Assembly (NCBI GenBank): GCA_964016885.1
Contig: OZ024762.1
Coordinates: forward strand, 9,362,001-9,426,000
Source of the DNA: Eledone cirrhosa
Lineage: Eukaryota
Length of the DNA stretch: 64,000 nt
Direction: 5' to 3'
Shown: in pieces, positions 1 through 12,615 of the stretch
Layout: each line of letters begins with the position of its first letter
Position numbering within the stretch: position 1 is the stretch's first letter
Translations under genes and position numbers: made by a program
The notes under the pieces: generated by a model
What the model saw: the letters and a program-made list of their open reading frames with translations, nothing else
What the model was told of the DNA's origin: nothing
The model's database searches: none

Positions 1-84
1 CTCACTATCCGGATGGCTTCCAAAAATAATGGTTGCATTTTAATAGGGTACGTCAAAGCTTATTTGTAAAACTGTTATATATTG

Positions 85-149
85 TATTTTGTCTGATGAA
101 GGCATACCATAATTTAATTTGGTATCCCTGAAATATGTATAATGAAATA
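85..149 (+). ncRNA. Minimal type I hammerhead ribozyme motif (Penelope-like element type)
   Basis: tattttgt-CTGATGA-aggcatacc(loop)ggtatccct-GAAA-tatgta-TA-atgaaata. Catalytic core boxes are present, stem II has one mismatch, and stem I closes with G-U pairs. Confidence 0.6.
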
Positions 150-355
150 AATATGGTTTTATAAATATAGTTTCCATTTATTAATATCGTATATATATAT
201 ATATATATATTAGAGAGTTAAACAAGATTCAATGAGTACATCAAAGAATGAGCTTTACAGTAGATTGAAAGCACTCTACAGAAAGATATTTTCCAGGGTT
301 ATTAATATTAAATTCAAATATTAATAAAATAGACGTTCTTGTGATCAAGTACATT

Positions 356-360
<5 letters not shown>

Positions 361-430
<70 letters not shown>

Positions 431-567
431 GAATGGGATATTAGAAAGACCGAAGGGACGGGTGGGGGTAAAATTGGAAAAGAATGTTTTTAGAGAAAAA
501 TAACTGGTCCATATATATGCATTGAGTGATTGGAACGGCGCGCCCCCTATTACTGAAGTTACACACC

Positions 568-627
<60 letters not shown>
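361..627. repeat. (TA)n microsatellites (361-426, 573-627); many more across the window, e.g. 1232-1281, 1812-1872, 2675-2793, 56606-56674
   Basis: Directly visible dinucleotide runs. Confidence 0.95.
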
Positions 628-629
<2 letters not shown>

Positions 630-1155
630 AAAGTTATATTTAAATTGTTGGGTTACAACGAGTAAATATTTATAACTGATATAAAAGCACTCAACAAGTA
701 TTTGGAGTATATTTACGATATTAAATACATGGAAATTATATTTATAAAACCATATTTATTTCATTATATATATTTCAGGGATATCATATTAAAAATATGT
801 TATGCCTTCTTCAGACAAAATACAATATAAACAGTCTTATAAATAGATAGATTCGACATACCCTTTCAACATCGACTTGCATTTGAAAAGTTGATTTGGT
901 ATATATATATACATATACATATATATATATATTTATATATATATATATATAAATAAAAAGAATTAATATATCTAGTAACATATATATACACAGATGCATA
1001 CTTATGCTAGCAAATATATAGGTTTTGTCTTAGTAACTTTGTGGTTCAATGCATGGGGATGCAGAACAATAATATGAGAGACGTAAAATAAGAAAATTAT
1101 AAAATTAACTTACTTTTAGTAAGTAAATTAATTTTATAATTTTTCTTATTTTACG

Positions 1156-1192
<37 letters not shown>

Positions 1193-1228
1193 TAAACAAA
1201 TAATGAATAAACAATTCCTTATATCTAC

Positions 1229-1286
<58 letters not shown>

Positions 1287-1447
1287 TAAGAAAATTAACA
1301 AAGAAAGGACAAAAAATAAATATAGAAACGAAGGACACAGAAGTCCATAGTCATCGGCCGTTGTGAGGGACTTGGGCAGTTTTGATCTATATATATATAG
1401 AACTTGTTTTTCGCTAATTTCCAATAGCCGTAATGCGGTTCTCGCTA

Positions 1448-1486
<39 letters not shown>

Positions 1487-1539
1487 TACATATATATATA
1501 TAGGAAATATATATACATATATACATATATATATAGGAA

Positions 1540-1711
1540 ATGTAGTAAGGAACCAGGTGGACCATAACGCACCAAAGTACTCAATACTTGGGGTAATAGA
1601 GTGGGTAATAGGAACCAGTAAGACCCCGACGGTTGAGCTCAAGCCGTTTCGACGGCTAATTAGCCGTCGAAACGGCTTGAGCTCAGCCGTCGGGGTCTTA
1701 CTGGTTCCTAT
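1540..1711. mobile_element. Fold-back repeat remnant with ~104 bp palindrome (1608-1711), probably a Penelope-like terminal repeat
   Basis: ataggaaccagtaagaccccgacgg...ccgtcggggtcttactggttcctat is self-complementary. It is homologous to 60820-61005 and embedded in (TA)n. Confidence 0.6.
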
Positions 1712-1810
1712 ATATATATATATACACACACATACATACAGGAAGGTAGTACAGAATAATCGAAGCTCTGGTTGCGGGCAAGCTAACGAATGCTGTGGGG
1801 AAGTGCAGCC

Positions 1811-1882
<72 letters not shown>

Positions 1883-1990
1883 ATATATATATCTATATAT
1901 ATATATAACCCCTCACTCGCAAGCGTGAAACTAAAAACCATATCATTTGTACTGCCTCTCTGTTTTTTGTTCTCTGTTCATTTATTAAAC

Positions 1991-2025
<35 letters not shown>

Positions 2026-2327
2026 ATGTATATATATGTATATATATAAATATATATATGTGTGTGTATATATGTATATATATCTATATATATAAATATA
2101 TGTGTGTGTGTGTGTGTGTATAGATAGATAGATCTTTCTATTTCTTCTTTAATTTCTCATTCTATTTTCTGATGAAAGACTAGCGTCCGAAACCTAATCC
2201 TCTTTTCCTACTATATCAGGCGTAAAACTAATATATTTCTTTATTGTATTGTGTCATTTGCTTTGTTATTTCTGTTTACCTTTTCCACATATACCTATGT
2301 TTGTTGTTTCCTTGAACTATATATATA

Positions 2328-2563
2328 CAGGGGTGGTGGAAGCATTTGTGAATTTGGGTGGAGGCGCAAATTTGGACAATTTAGTTATAGTGATTAATTT
2401 AGCTCTTTGCACTCTAAAATGGTCAGAAAACTTCGATATGCGATAAACATATCATGTACATAAATTGTAGCGCATATCCAAAAAGATGTGTGTTTTGGTA
2501 GTTTGGGGAGAAAATATAATTCTTGGAGGGGGGCATGCCCCTCCCCCAGTTCCACCGCCACTG
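2328..2563. mobile_element. MITE with imperfect TIRs
   Basis: Left end caggggtggtggaa; right end ttccaccgccactg; TATA flanks on both sides. Confidence 0.6.
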
Positions 2564-2672
2564 TATATACATAATTTAAAAAAATTATGCTCTGTGCCCT
2601 TTCCTAAGGGGTTCAATATCGAGCTTCTTTGCATTTAGTAAGAAACTAGTATTGTACACAATTTATTCATCT

Positions 2673-2784
<112 letters not shown>

Positions 2785-2795
2785 ATATATATATG

Positions 2796-2885
2796 AAGAC
2801 TTACCACCACAGGCGCTGAGCTTGCTAGCCACAGGTGTGAGCCCCGCGAGATGGAATATCTCCTCCAGCGCATCTCCCATACCAT
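2796..2885 (+). mobile_element. Fragment of an RLE-type (CRE-like) non-LTR retrotransposon C-terminus
   Basis: Nucleotide homology to 58310-58400, which translates to ...LQWLFQRISLAVRWG. Confidence 0.45.
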
Positions 2886-3060
2886 CCTCCTGGAAAACGC
2901 CTTGTCCATTCTGTCCGCCGGGACCCTGGCGCGGCCAGCACGTGGGACCCCATTTGCTCACAATACAGAGAGATGGGGAGAGCGAGAGAAATGAGGAGGA
3001 GATGATAGTGGGAGTTCGGCTCTTCTGTATTCGGACCTGGTGTGCAGCGTCAGGTATCTG
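2882..3060 (+). repeat. Dispersed repeat, second copy at ~55471-55630
   Basis: ccatcctcc...gtccgccgggac...cgtgggaccccattt...aatacagagagat...gttcggctcttctgt is shared by both loci. Confidence 0.7.
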
Positions 3061-3139
3061 TAGGGAGGCAGTGGTTTGTACTTAGTGAAGGTTTCTAGAA
3101 CCTTGTGTTTGCGATTCTTGTATGTATTATTATATCCCT

Positions 3140-3268
3140 TTGTGATCTGAGTTCAAATCCCGCCGAGGTTAACTTTGCCTTTCATCCTTACGGGGTCGAT
3201 AAAATAAAGTACCAGTAATACACTGGGATAATTGCTGGCCTTGTGCCAAAAGTAGAAACAATTATTAT
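3140..3268 (+). mobile_element. tRNA-derived SINE, 5'-truncated (octopus-type family)
   Basis: gagttcaaatcccgccgaggttaactttgcctttcatccttacggggtcgataaaataaagtaccag...gtagaaacaattatt; about 11 copies in the window. Confidence 0.85.
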
Positions 3269-3559
3269 ATGTTTGGGTTCACTTAAATACTGTAACTCTA
3301 AATCAATTATTAAAACCCTATAACTAAATAGTTTAACAAACTTAACTCCTCATAAAAACTGAAGGCTGAAATAAAACAATACAAAATGTTATTCCAAATC
3401 AGCAAAAAATACATTTTATGTGAAACAATTTCAACATCAGAATAATAAACCCTTCAACCTAAAAATTTCTAACCCGCAAACCATAACTCATAATCTTCTA
3501 ACACTCTAGCCCTTAACTATAACCGTTAAACCCTAACCTCTCAAGTTAAGCCCCTATAT

Positions 3560-3863
3560 CAGAGGTTCTCAAACTTTTGGGGCCCCCACCCTCTCATGGC
3601 CACGTAATACCCTCTGTGCTCCCGCCTCTATTTCCAGAGAGAGCTGCCTACATGCAAATTGTAAATAATATATAATAAATAAAATCGTTAATTTATATAT
3701 AATAAATAATATAATATATACTCTGTATAAATAAATATTATATACTTTCTATTTTACTATATATATATGATTTGATATTGAATGCACTATATATCATATC
3801 TGCCCTCCCCCTACGGCCCAGCATCCCCTGGACCTTCTCAAAGTCCCACTTTGAGAACCTCTG
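3560..3863. mobile_element. hAT-superfamily MITE with 8-bp TSD
   Basis: TIRs cagaggttctcaaa / tttgagaacctctg; identical 8-bp TSD ccctatat at 3552-3559 and 3864-3871. Confidence 0.85.
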
Positions 3864-3889
3864 CCCTATATCCTACTGATTTTTTAAAA

Positions 3890-3997
3890 ATAATAGTTTC
3901 TACTTTTGGCACAAGGCCACCCAGTACATTACTGGTACTTTATTTTATCGACCCCGTAAGGATGAAAGGCAAAGTTAACCTCGGCGGGATTTGAACT
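3890..3997 (-). mobile_element. SINE copy (same family)
   Basis: Reverse complement of the SINE core. Confidence 0.8.
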
Positions 3998-4174
3998 AAA
4001 AAATAATTTAACGGTAAATCTAACACAAATATTTCATATAGTAATTAGTAATCAACGCTTAGTTATCTCCCCTGTTGATATGCTTTTAAGCAAAAGATTT
4101 ACCTTAATACTTCATCTAATAATAATTTGTCAATCCTTAGTTATCTCCCCTAAACAAATTTGGATATTATTGTT

Positions 4175-4355
4175 TGGCAGTATCGGTAGAGGGTCGGACG
4201 CCATGCTTTCCAGCATAGTTACGTCCCTTTACGATCTGAGTTCAAATCCCGCCGAGGTTGACTTTGCCTTTCATCCTTACGGGGTCGATAAAATAAAGTA
4301 CCAGTAATGCACTGGGTAATTGCTGGCCTTCTGCCTAAAGTAGAAACAATTATTG
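4175..4355 (+). mobile_element. Near full-length SINE copy
   Basis: Head tggcagtatcggtagag (A-box-like), gagttcaaatcc (B-box-like), core and AATT tail. Confidence 0.85.
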
Positions 4356-4371
4356 TTATATAGTTCGGCTA

Positions 4372-5400
4372 TAGATGTAGAAGCTGGTGTTGTTTAACCC
4401 TAGGTCAGTAGTGTGGCTGTTATCAGATGTAGAAGCTGGTGTTGTTTAACCCTAGGTCAGTAGTGTGGCTGTGATCAGATGTAGAAGCTGGTGTTGTTTA
4501 GCCCTAGGTCAGTAGTGTGGCTGTGATCAGATGTAGAAGCTGGTGTTGTTTAGCCCTAGGTCAGTAGTGTGGCTGTGATCAGATGTAGAAGCTGGTGTTG
4601 TTTAGCCCTAGGTCAGTAGTGTGGCTGTGATCAGATGTAGAAGCTGGTGTTGTTTAGCCCTAGGTCAGTAGTGTGGCTGTGATCAGATGTAGAAGCTAGT
4701 GTTGTTTAGCCCTAGGTCAGTAGTGTGTCTGTGATCAGAGGTAGCAGCTAATGTTGTTTAACCGTAGGTCAGTAGTGTGGCTGTGATCAGATGTAGAAGC
4801 TAGTGTTGTTTAGCCCTAGGTCAGTAGTGTGGCTGTGATCAGATGTAGAAGCTAGTGTTGTTTAGCCCTAGGTCAGTAGTGTGGCTGTGATCAGATGTAG
4901 AAGCTGGTGTTGTTTAGCCCTAGGTCAGTAGTGTGGCTGTGATCAGATGTAGAAGCTAGTGTTGTTTAGCCCTAGGTCAGTAGTGTGTCTGTGATCAGAG
5001 GTAGCAGCTAATGTTGTTTAACCGTAGGTCAGTAGTGTGGCTGTGATCAGATGTAGAAGCTGGTGTTGTTTAACCCTAGGTCAGTAGTGTGGCTGTGATC
5101 AGATGTAGAAGCTAGTGTTGTTTAGCCCTAGGTCAGTAGTGTGGCTGTGATCAGATGTAGAAGCTAGTGTTGTTTAGCCCTAGGTCAGTAGTGTGGCTGT
5201 GATCAGATGTAGAAGCTGGTATTGTTTAGCCCTAGGTCAGTAGTGTGTCTGTGATAAGAGGTAGCAGCTAATGTTGTTTAACCGTAGGTCAGTAGTGTGG
5301 CTGTGATCAGATGTAGAAGCTGGTGTTGTTTAACCGTAGGTCAGTAGTGTGGCTGTGATCAAAGTCTGGCTGCTGTTGTTGTTTAACGCTAGGTCAGTAA
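4372..5400. repeat. 52-bp minisatellite, ~20 units, with a 5-unit (260 bp) higher-order repeat
   Basis: Unit agatgtagaagctggtgttgtttagccctaggtcagtagtgtggctgtgatc; variant gtagcagctaatg recurs at 4741, 5001 and 5261. Confidence 0.95.
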
Positions 5401-5619
5401 TGTGGTTGAATCATTGTATGGCCACTATTGTTGGCGGAGGGCATGGTGTCTGCATTAGACAGGTTGTCTTATTGTGAGACAAGTCAGATCAGGTTATCGT
5501 GTCTTGTCCATAGGGAACTGTTTCTGGCTGGGTTTCTACTGATGGATGGCCTTCCTTAAACCAACCACATTTACAGTGTGGACTGGGTGCTGTTTGCTGT
5601 GTCACTAACACAGCCACTT

Positions 5620-7440
5620 TCCAGGGTGGGCGCCTCCTGTCATGTCCCCAACAGAACCACTTTACAGGGTGGCCTTCGTGCCTCCTGTCATGTCCCCAAC
5701 ACTACCACTTTACAGGGTGGGCGCCTCCTGTCATGTCCCCAACACAACCACTTTACAGGGTGGGCGCCTCCTGTCATGTCCCCAACAGAACCACTTTACA
5801 GGGTGGCCTTCGTGCCTCCTGTCATGTCCCCAACACGACCACTTTACAGGGTGGGCGCCTCCTGTCATGTCCCCAACACAACCACTTTACAGGGTGGGCG
5901 CCTCCTGTCATGTCCCCAACAGAACCACTTTACAGGGTGGCCTTCGTGCCTCCTGTCATGTCCCCAACACAACCACTTCACAGGGTGGGCGCCTCCTGTC
6001 ATGTCCCCAACACGACCACTTTACAGGGTGGGCGCCTCCTGTCATGTCCCCAACACGACCACTTTACAGGGTGGGCGCCTCCTGTCATGTCCCCAACACG
6101 ACCACTTTACAGGGTGGGCGCCTCCTGTCATGTCCCCAACACGACCACTTTACAGGGTGGGCGCCTCCTGTCATGTCCCCAACACGACCACTTTACAGGG
6201 TGGGCGCCTCCTGTCATGTCCCCAACACGACCACTTTACAGGGTGGGCGCCTCCTGTCATGTCCCCAACACGACCACTTCACAGGGTGGGCGCCTCCTGT
6301 CATGTCCCCAACAAGACCACTTTACAGGGTGGCCTTCGTGCCTCCTGTCATGTCCCCAACACGACCACTTTACAGGGTGGGCGCCTCCTGTCATGTCCCC
6401 AACACGACCACTTTACAGGGTGGGCGCCTCCTGTCATGTCCCCAACACGACCACTTTACAGGGTGGGCGCCTCCTGTCATGTCTCCAACACGACCACTTT
6501 ACAGGGTGGGCGCCTCCTGTCATGTCCCCAACACAACCACTTTACAGGGTGGGCGCCTCCTGTCATGTCCCCAACACAACCACTTCACAGGGTGGGCGCC
6601 TCCTGTCATGTCCCCAACACGACCACTTTACAGGGTGGGCGCCTCCTGTCATGTCCCCAACACGACCACTTTACAGGGTGGGCGCCTCCTGTCATGTCCC
6701 CAACACGACCACTTCACAGGGTGGGCGCCTCCTGTCATGTCCCCAACACGACCACTTTACAGGGTGGGCGCCTCCTGTCATGTCCCCAACACGACCACTT
6801 TACAGGGTGGCCTTCGTGCCTCCTGTCATGTCCCCAACACGACCACTTTACAGGGTGGGCGCCTCCTGTCATGTCCCCAACACGACCACTTTACAGGGTG
6901 GGCGCCTCCTGTCATGTCCCCAACACGACCACTTTACAGGGTGGGCGCCTCCTGTCATGTCTCCAACACGACCACTTTACAGGGTGGGCGCCTCCTGTCA
7001 TGTCCCCAACACAACCACTTTACAGGGTGGGCGCCTCCTGTCATGTCCCCAACACGACCACTTCACAGGGTGGGCGCCTCCTGTCATGTCCCCAACACGA
7101 CCACTTTACAGGGTGGGCGCCTCCTCTCATGTCCCCAACACGACCACTTTACAGGGTGGCCTTCGTGCCTCCTGTCATGTCCCCAACACGACCACTTTAC
7201 AGGGTGGCCTTCGTGCCTCCTGTCATGTCCCCAACACGACCACTTCACAGGGTGGGCGCCTCCTGTCATGTCCCCAACACGACCACTTTACAGGGTGGCC
7301 TTCGTGCCTCCTGTCATGTCCCCAACACGACCACTTTACAGGGTGGCCTTCGTGCCTCCTGTCATGTCCCCAACATAAATACCTTACTGGGATCTCTTTG
7401 TTGTGTCCCCAACACAACCACTTTACAGGGTGCTCTGTTG
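5620..7440. repeat. 43-bp GC-rich minisatellite (~41 units) with a 48-bp variant
   Basis: Unit cagggtgggcgcctcctgtcatgtccccaacacgaccacttta; variant ggccttcgtgcctcc interspersed. It explains the 574-622 aa ORFs. Confidence 0.95.
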
Positions 7441-7829
7441 TCATGACACCAGCATGAGCACCTTACAGAGTGGACTGAGATCTTTTAGCCATTTCAGTAG
7501 CATTGTGGGAGAGTGTTCAGCTTTCCATACTTGTATACATATATCATCATCACTGTTTAATGTCTATCCTTCCATGGGTCAGACATGTCATCCATGTTAT
7601 GGTACAAGTCTGACCAGTTGGCTGCGCCATACCTTACTCCAATGGAACTGTATTTTGGCTGGGTTTTTTACAGCTGGATGTCCTTCCTAATACCAGCCAC
7701 GTATACAGTGTGGAACTGTTATGAAACTTGTCCGTGGTTTACAGAGCCCATGTGTCCCTGTGTTGATGTATTTTATTGAATTTTTAGTCACAATATTGAT
7801 ATAATAGTCCAACCAAGGGGGACAGTGAT

Positions 7830-9530
7830 GTGAATGCAGAGGAGTTCGCTGAGGAAGTGTAGAGCAGTCAACACCACACAAGCTCATAACATCCTGCTTG
7901 TTCTGAGTGACTTCAATGCACATCTGAGTAAGGAGAGCAGTGAAGATCCTTGCTGGTACTTCCATAACAACACCAACCGAAATGGAAGACTACTGAATGA
8001 CACCCTGTCGGAGGTGAACTTCATGGCAACCAACCTACGGTTTAAGAACAATCCGGGGAAGATATGGACCACTGACTTGTTATGAGTGAGGTTCAGGTGA
8101 GCTTAAGAAAGAGTAAGGCACAGCCCCGGAGAGCAATCTATGACTGGGGAACTTTCAAGGAAGATGAGGAGAGGTACACACGTTCAGTGCTCTATGTGGA
8201 GAGTGTGACAAGGTGGTACAGGTACTTCACCAAGGCAGTGGCAGAAGCAAGTGAGGCCCTGGTGCCGAGGAGAGAAAAGAACATCAGCTCTGCAGATCTG
8301 AAAGATGCGAAGGACCAATTCCATGCAGATCCTAGAAGAACTCTGTACCGCTTACACTGAGGCCAAAGAGCAGGCGCTGATAAAGAAGATCAGAAGTGTG
8401 GAGAGAGCAGTTGACATGTGTATGTCTAAAGAGAGCTGGACGATTATCAAAATCACAGGGAAGAAGAGAGGGAGTTCGAGTCAGATCCAGGGAACAAGGC
8501 CCGAGGATAGGAAGAGGAAATGGTTGGACCATTTTAAGACCCTACTAGGAGAGCCGCCTTCCACAGCCCAGAACAGATGTTTGAGGGACTGGAGATTAAG
8601 ACAGTACCCTTCGCCAGAGAGAAGCTTCAGGGAGCCAAGGCCCATGGAGTGGCATTAGAGGTGTGATTTTTATATCATCCTGGAGTTCTGTAACCAGGCA
8701 CTGGAGAAAGGAGTTGCCCCAGATTAGTGGGGATCTCATTGACTTCACTTGTGGCAAAGACCCTCAACAGGATTCAGCCTGAGATGGAGAAGAAGCTCAG
8801 GGACAACCAGAACGGCTTCAGAGAGGGAAGATCAACCACCAGTCACATCCTGATACTGAGGAGATTTTAGAAGGAGCTAGAGCCTTACTTATGGTTTTCC
8901 TTGATTTCAGGAAGGACTTTGATTCTGTGAACTGAGACAGCCTGATGAAGATCTTACAGACTTATGGAATCCCTAAGAAGATAGTGAACTTGATATCACC
9001 GCTCTACACCTGACAGGATGACAGAGTTATTTGAGATACTGGCTGGAGTGCTCCAGGGAGATACATTGGCTCCCTACCTTTTTATCATTGCAGTGGACAT
9101 TGTACTGGAGAAACACCAGGACTCTGGCCCCTAGCTCAGAGTAGGAAAGTTAAGGCTAAAAAGATATCGGATACTGAATTTGCTGATGACATAGTTCTGG
9201 TCACAAACACAGTAAAGGAGGCAGAGAATGAATGAGATTAAGACGAAGTATCTGGTAGAGAAGATTATGAATGTAGGCGAGAAGCTGCTAGAGTTGGTTT
9301 AGGACTTCCTGTGAACAAAGAAGAAGTCGGACCTGAAGATCCGTCTCTTCATCGCTACAGTGGAGTCTGTGCTGCTATACGGGTCTGAGACTTGGACACT
9401 GACCAAGGGTCTCACTCAGATAGAGGATGGCTCTGAAGATGAAGAACTCGGAGCCTCCCAAAAGTTACAGAGAGGAGACTAAGGTTAGCTGGACATGCTC
9501 GCCGACATTCAGTGGTCCTGTGGGATAAAC
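7830..9530 (+). mobile_element. Decayed RTE/RTE-X-like LINE (APE endonuclease and RT remnants)
   Basis: Fragments LLVLSDFNAHL (EN), QNGFREGRSTTSHIL, GVLQGDTLAPYLFII, FADDIVL, ESVLLYGSETWTLTK and RRLRLAGHARRH, broken by stops and frameshifts. Confidence 0.85.
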
Positions 9531-9725
9531 CGTTCAAGCTGACAGCCAGTACTACCGCGTTGAACGTTACGCCATCCGCCCAACCAAAATAAGAAATAAC
9601 AGCCAATAACCTGTTTATCTTATAAAATGCTAGAATTAAAAACCAAATCACACTGAAATAAGTGTCTCTTCTGCTATAGAAAATGCTAGAAATAGCAGCT
9701 AAATATCCCTATGTGAATGTATATA

Positions 9726-9806
9726 CTGGGTCGTCAAGTATGAAATTTGTAGAAATTTTTTTTTTTTTTCTACGAATTTCTACACATTTCATACTTGACG
9801 ACCCAG
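9726..9806. mobile_element. Short TA-flanked MITE (Tc1/mariner-like); diverged copy at ~63765-63836
   Basis: ctgggtcgtcaagtatgaaat...atttcatacttgacgacccag inverted ends, with TA on both sides. Confidence 0.7.
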
Positions 9807-9849
9807 TACATATATACATACGTATGCTTGTGCTTATATATATATATAG

Positions 9850-10238
9850 TAATTGTTTCTACTTTTTGGCACAATTATCCAGTACATTACTGGTATTTTA
9901 TTTTATCGACCCCGTAAGGATGAAAGGCAAAGTTAACCTAAATTTGAAGACTAAAATCCAAACAGGGCTCGATATATATATATATTTTAATAAATATATA
10001 TATATATATATGTATGTGTATACATACACACACACTCAGTCACACACATATGTATATATGAGAGAGAGGTACACACATATGTATGTGTTCGTGTACACAA
10101 ACGCGCATGCTGTACGAAGTTGTTCGTATGTTATACAATGTATTTTTAAATCATCCTTACGGGGTCGATAAAATAAAGTACCAGTAATGTACTGGGATAA
10201 TTGCTGGCCTTGTGCTTAAAGTAGAAACAATTATTATT
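9850..10238. mobile_element. Two partial SINE copies in opposite orientation (9850-9939 minus; 10151-10238 plus)
   Basis: SINE core matches on each strand. Confidence 0.8.
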
Positions 10239-10259
10239 ACTTGCATTTGTAATGAAATT

Positions 10260-10371
10260 TCCACCCTTAAAAACCCGAACAAAATACTTTTAATATTGTT
10301 TTTTTCGCCATAACATGTGTTGCGAGGGAGAAACTTTCGAAATAATTTTTGCACCCATTTTAGCGATTAAG
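10260..10371 (+). repeat. 5' portion of the palindrome-centre element, truncated at the left palindrome junction
   Basis: aaaatacttttaatattg...ttcgaaataatttttgcacccattttagcgattaag matches 34283-34371 and 31960-31995. Confidence 0.8.
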
Positions 10372-10388
10372 AGATGTATACAACAACA

Positions 10389-10475
10389 TTTAATATAGAA
10401 ATGGCTTCTACAGGTCTAGAACTGTTTCATTCGAAGGAAAACAGTTCTAGTCCTGTAGAATATTTCTATATTAAA
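10389..10475. repeat. Fold-back hairpin at the arm terminus (mirror 53461-53547), related to 60315-60348
   Basis: tttaatatagaaat..ttctacagg.ctagaactgttt / aaacagttctagtcctgtagaa.atttctatattaaa. Confidence 0.75.
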
Positions 10476-10934
10476 TTTGGTTATATAAATATATATGAGG
10501 ATCCAAACAACCTATTTGATTTGGATGTTTATGTTGGGTATGACATTTTAGTCCTGCCAAGGGTGAGGATAATGTTGCTGGTATTTTTGATAATGTTTTT
10601 CTCCTTCCTGTTGCAGCCTAGGGATACAACCAGACTCGAAGTTCCTGATCTCCAGTCCTTTCACTCCAAGGCCACTTGCTGAAATGTTTCATAAGGTATA
10701 TTGGTTGCTGAAAGGTTTACTCTTTTGTTTGTATATATATATATATAGAATCCGCCAATAAAATGTATTCACACTTCGGGAAAAGATACATATATTCAAT
10801 AATACATTTCTTGAATCAAGATATCTCAACATGGAAATTCATCTGTTGTATGTATATATCTAGGGTGGGTAAAATTCCCTCTGTCCGCGGAGGGGCTTCC
10901 ACAGGACCACTGAGTGCAGTATCAACTCTGAATA

Positions 10935-11180
10935 TCAGTGAGCATGTCCAGCTAACCTCAATCTCCTCTGTGTTACTTTCGAGAGGCTCCTGTACAGCTC
11001 AGAGCTCTTCATCCTCAGTGTATACTGATTAATGTTCAGAGCCATCCTCAGCATTGGAGCAAAGCCTGTCACTGTTTGAGATCGGACCTTCGTAAAGACT
11101 TGAAGATTCATCTGTGTTGCTGTACGGGTCTGAGACTTGGGCACTGACCAAGAGATTCACTCAGATGGTGGATGGGTGCT
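10935..11180 (-). mobile_element. RTE-X-like LINE 3' fragment (mirror 52756-53001 plus)
   Basis: MLRMALNIN...LSKVTQRRLRLAGHAH; same family as 7830-9530. Confidence 0.75.
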
Positions 11181-12615
11181 AAATATATATTTATACAAAT
11201 TTTTCTTTTCCTGAAGTGTGTAGACATTTTTTTTGTATACACACTTATTGGAGTTAGCTGTCTTGTTTCTTAGAAGAAATGAAAAAGCAAAAGTTTGGTT
11301 TATTTCACATGTTCGTCGCTAGATAAGGAAGTTTATTTACATTCCTTTGAAGATGGCAGTAGTGTTTTCCTGTGTAGAGAAGGTTTAATTATGTTTCTTA
11401 GTAAAAAAGAGAATCAGAAGTATCTATGTAAGAGGGCTGACTGACCAAATGGAAAGAAACAATGCAGTTATTAGTAAGGAGGGTTGAAATTAATGCATGC
11501 AAGATTTCACTCCTTCATAGTCAGCCGATGAGCTTTTCAGTTGACCCTCGTTTTTGTACAGAAGAACGTTTATATAAATGTAACTTTATGTGTGTGTTTA
11601 GAGAAGATTTAGTTTTGTTTATTAGACAAAGAAAGTATGTATATATAAATGTAACAGATAGAATGCCTTCATTTCAGCTGTCTGAATTCAAATCCCATTT
11701 CATCCATTCGGGGTTGATTCTTCCTCTATACTTCTCTAGAAGAAATCCGCTGTATTCAGACCTGGGCTCTGCCAGGTTTTTAAAAGAGCCCTAGAAACAC
11801 TGTAGGTCAATGCGTTGCCTCCCTCAGGAGTTACGGGTCCATACATACATGTAACTCTCACAGCTTGGAAGTTCTGTATGTAAGTCTTTAAAACCATTTC
11901 ACATTTCTCCAGTACACTCAGCGTCCTATACTCTCAGACACTTAATTCCAAAGAAACTGGTAAGAAGCCTAGAACAGACTATATTTAGGTTTCATCAATA
12001 CATATATTGATGATTGGAATCATGGTCTTAAGATTACTCAAATCGACACTAACTATTACATATATAGATCTGTCTAAGGCTATGTTACCATCTTGAAGTA
12101 TATTTAACTACATATTAATTGTAGAAACGTGGCCCCTCACAAAGACGATTGACAGCTTCGATAGCAGAGCCCTGAGGACCATCTAAAACATCAGATGGGA
12201 CCACCACGTTTCCAACGGAGTGACGCATCAGCCCACAGCCTTACTCTCGTTCAACGCAGTAGCACCTGGTCGGCTCAACCCATGATGATGCCAGTCTAGT
12301 CTAACAAGAATATATGTACAAAATACTCGAATATAAGGTGACCCTCCTCCCTATCTTATGTCTGAGAAATGGGTAAAAATCCGAATCTTATTTACGTAGA
12401 ATTTGTAGTTGGCGAAAACGGTTAAACTATTGACTCCCTATATAAGTCAACACCTTTCTACATATTCCCTGGCTTCTATTCGTGTATATCCCGTTATATA
12501 TGTACAAAATACTAGTAGTTCCTTAATTGCTATATATCCCGTTATATTTATATATAGAGAGAAACGGAAAGAAAGCGAGATAACACTCGGAATATGTCGT
12601 GTTATCTCGCTTTCT

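Noticed and set aside
3468-3545. Degenerate (CCCTAA)n-like tract
   Set aside because: Too short and too degenerate to call an interstitial telomere.
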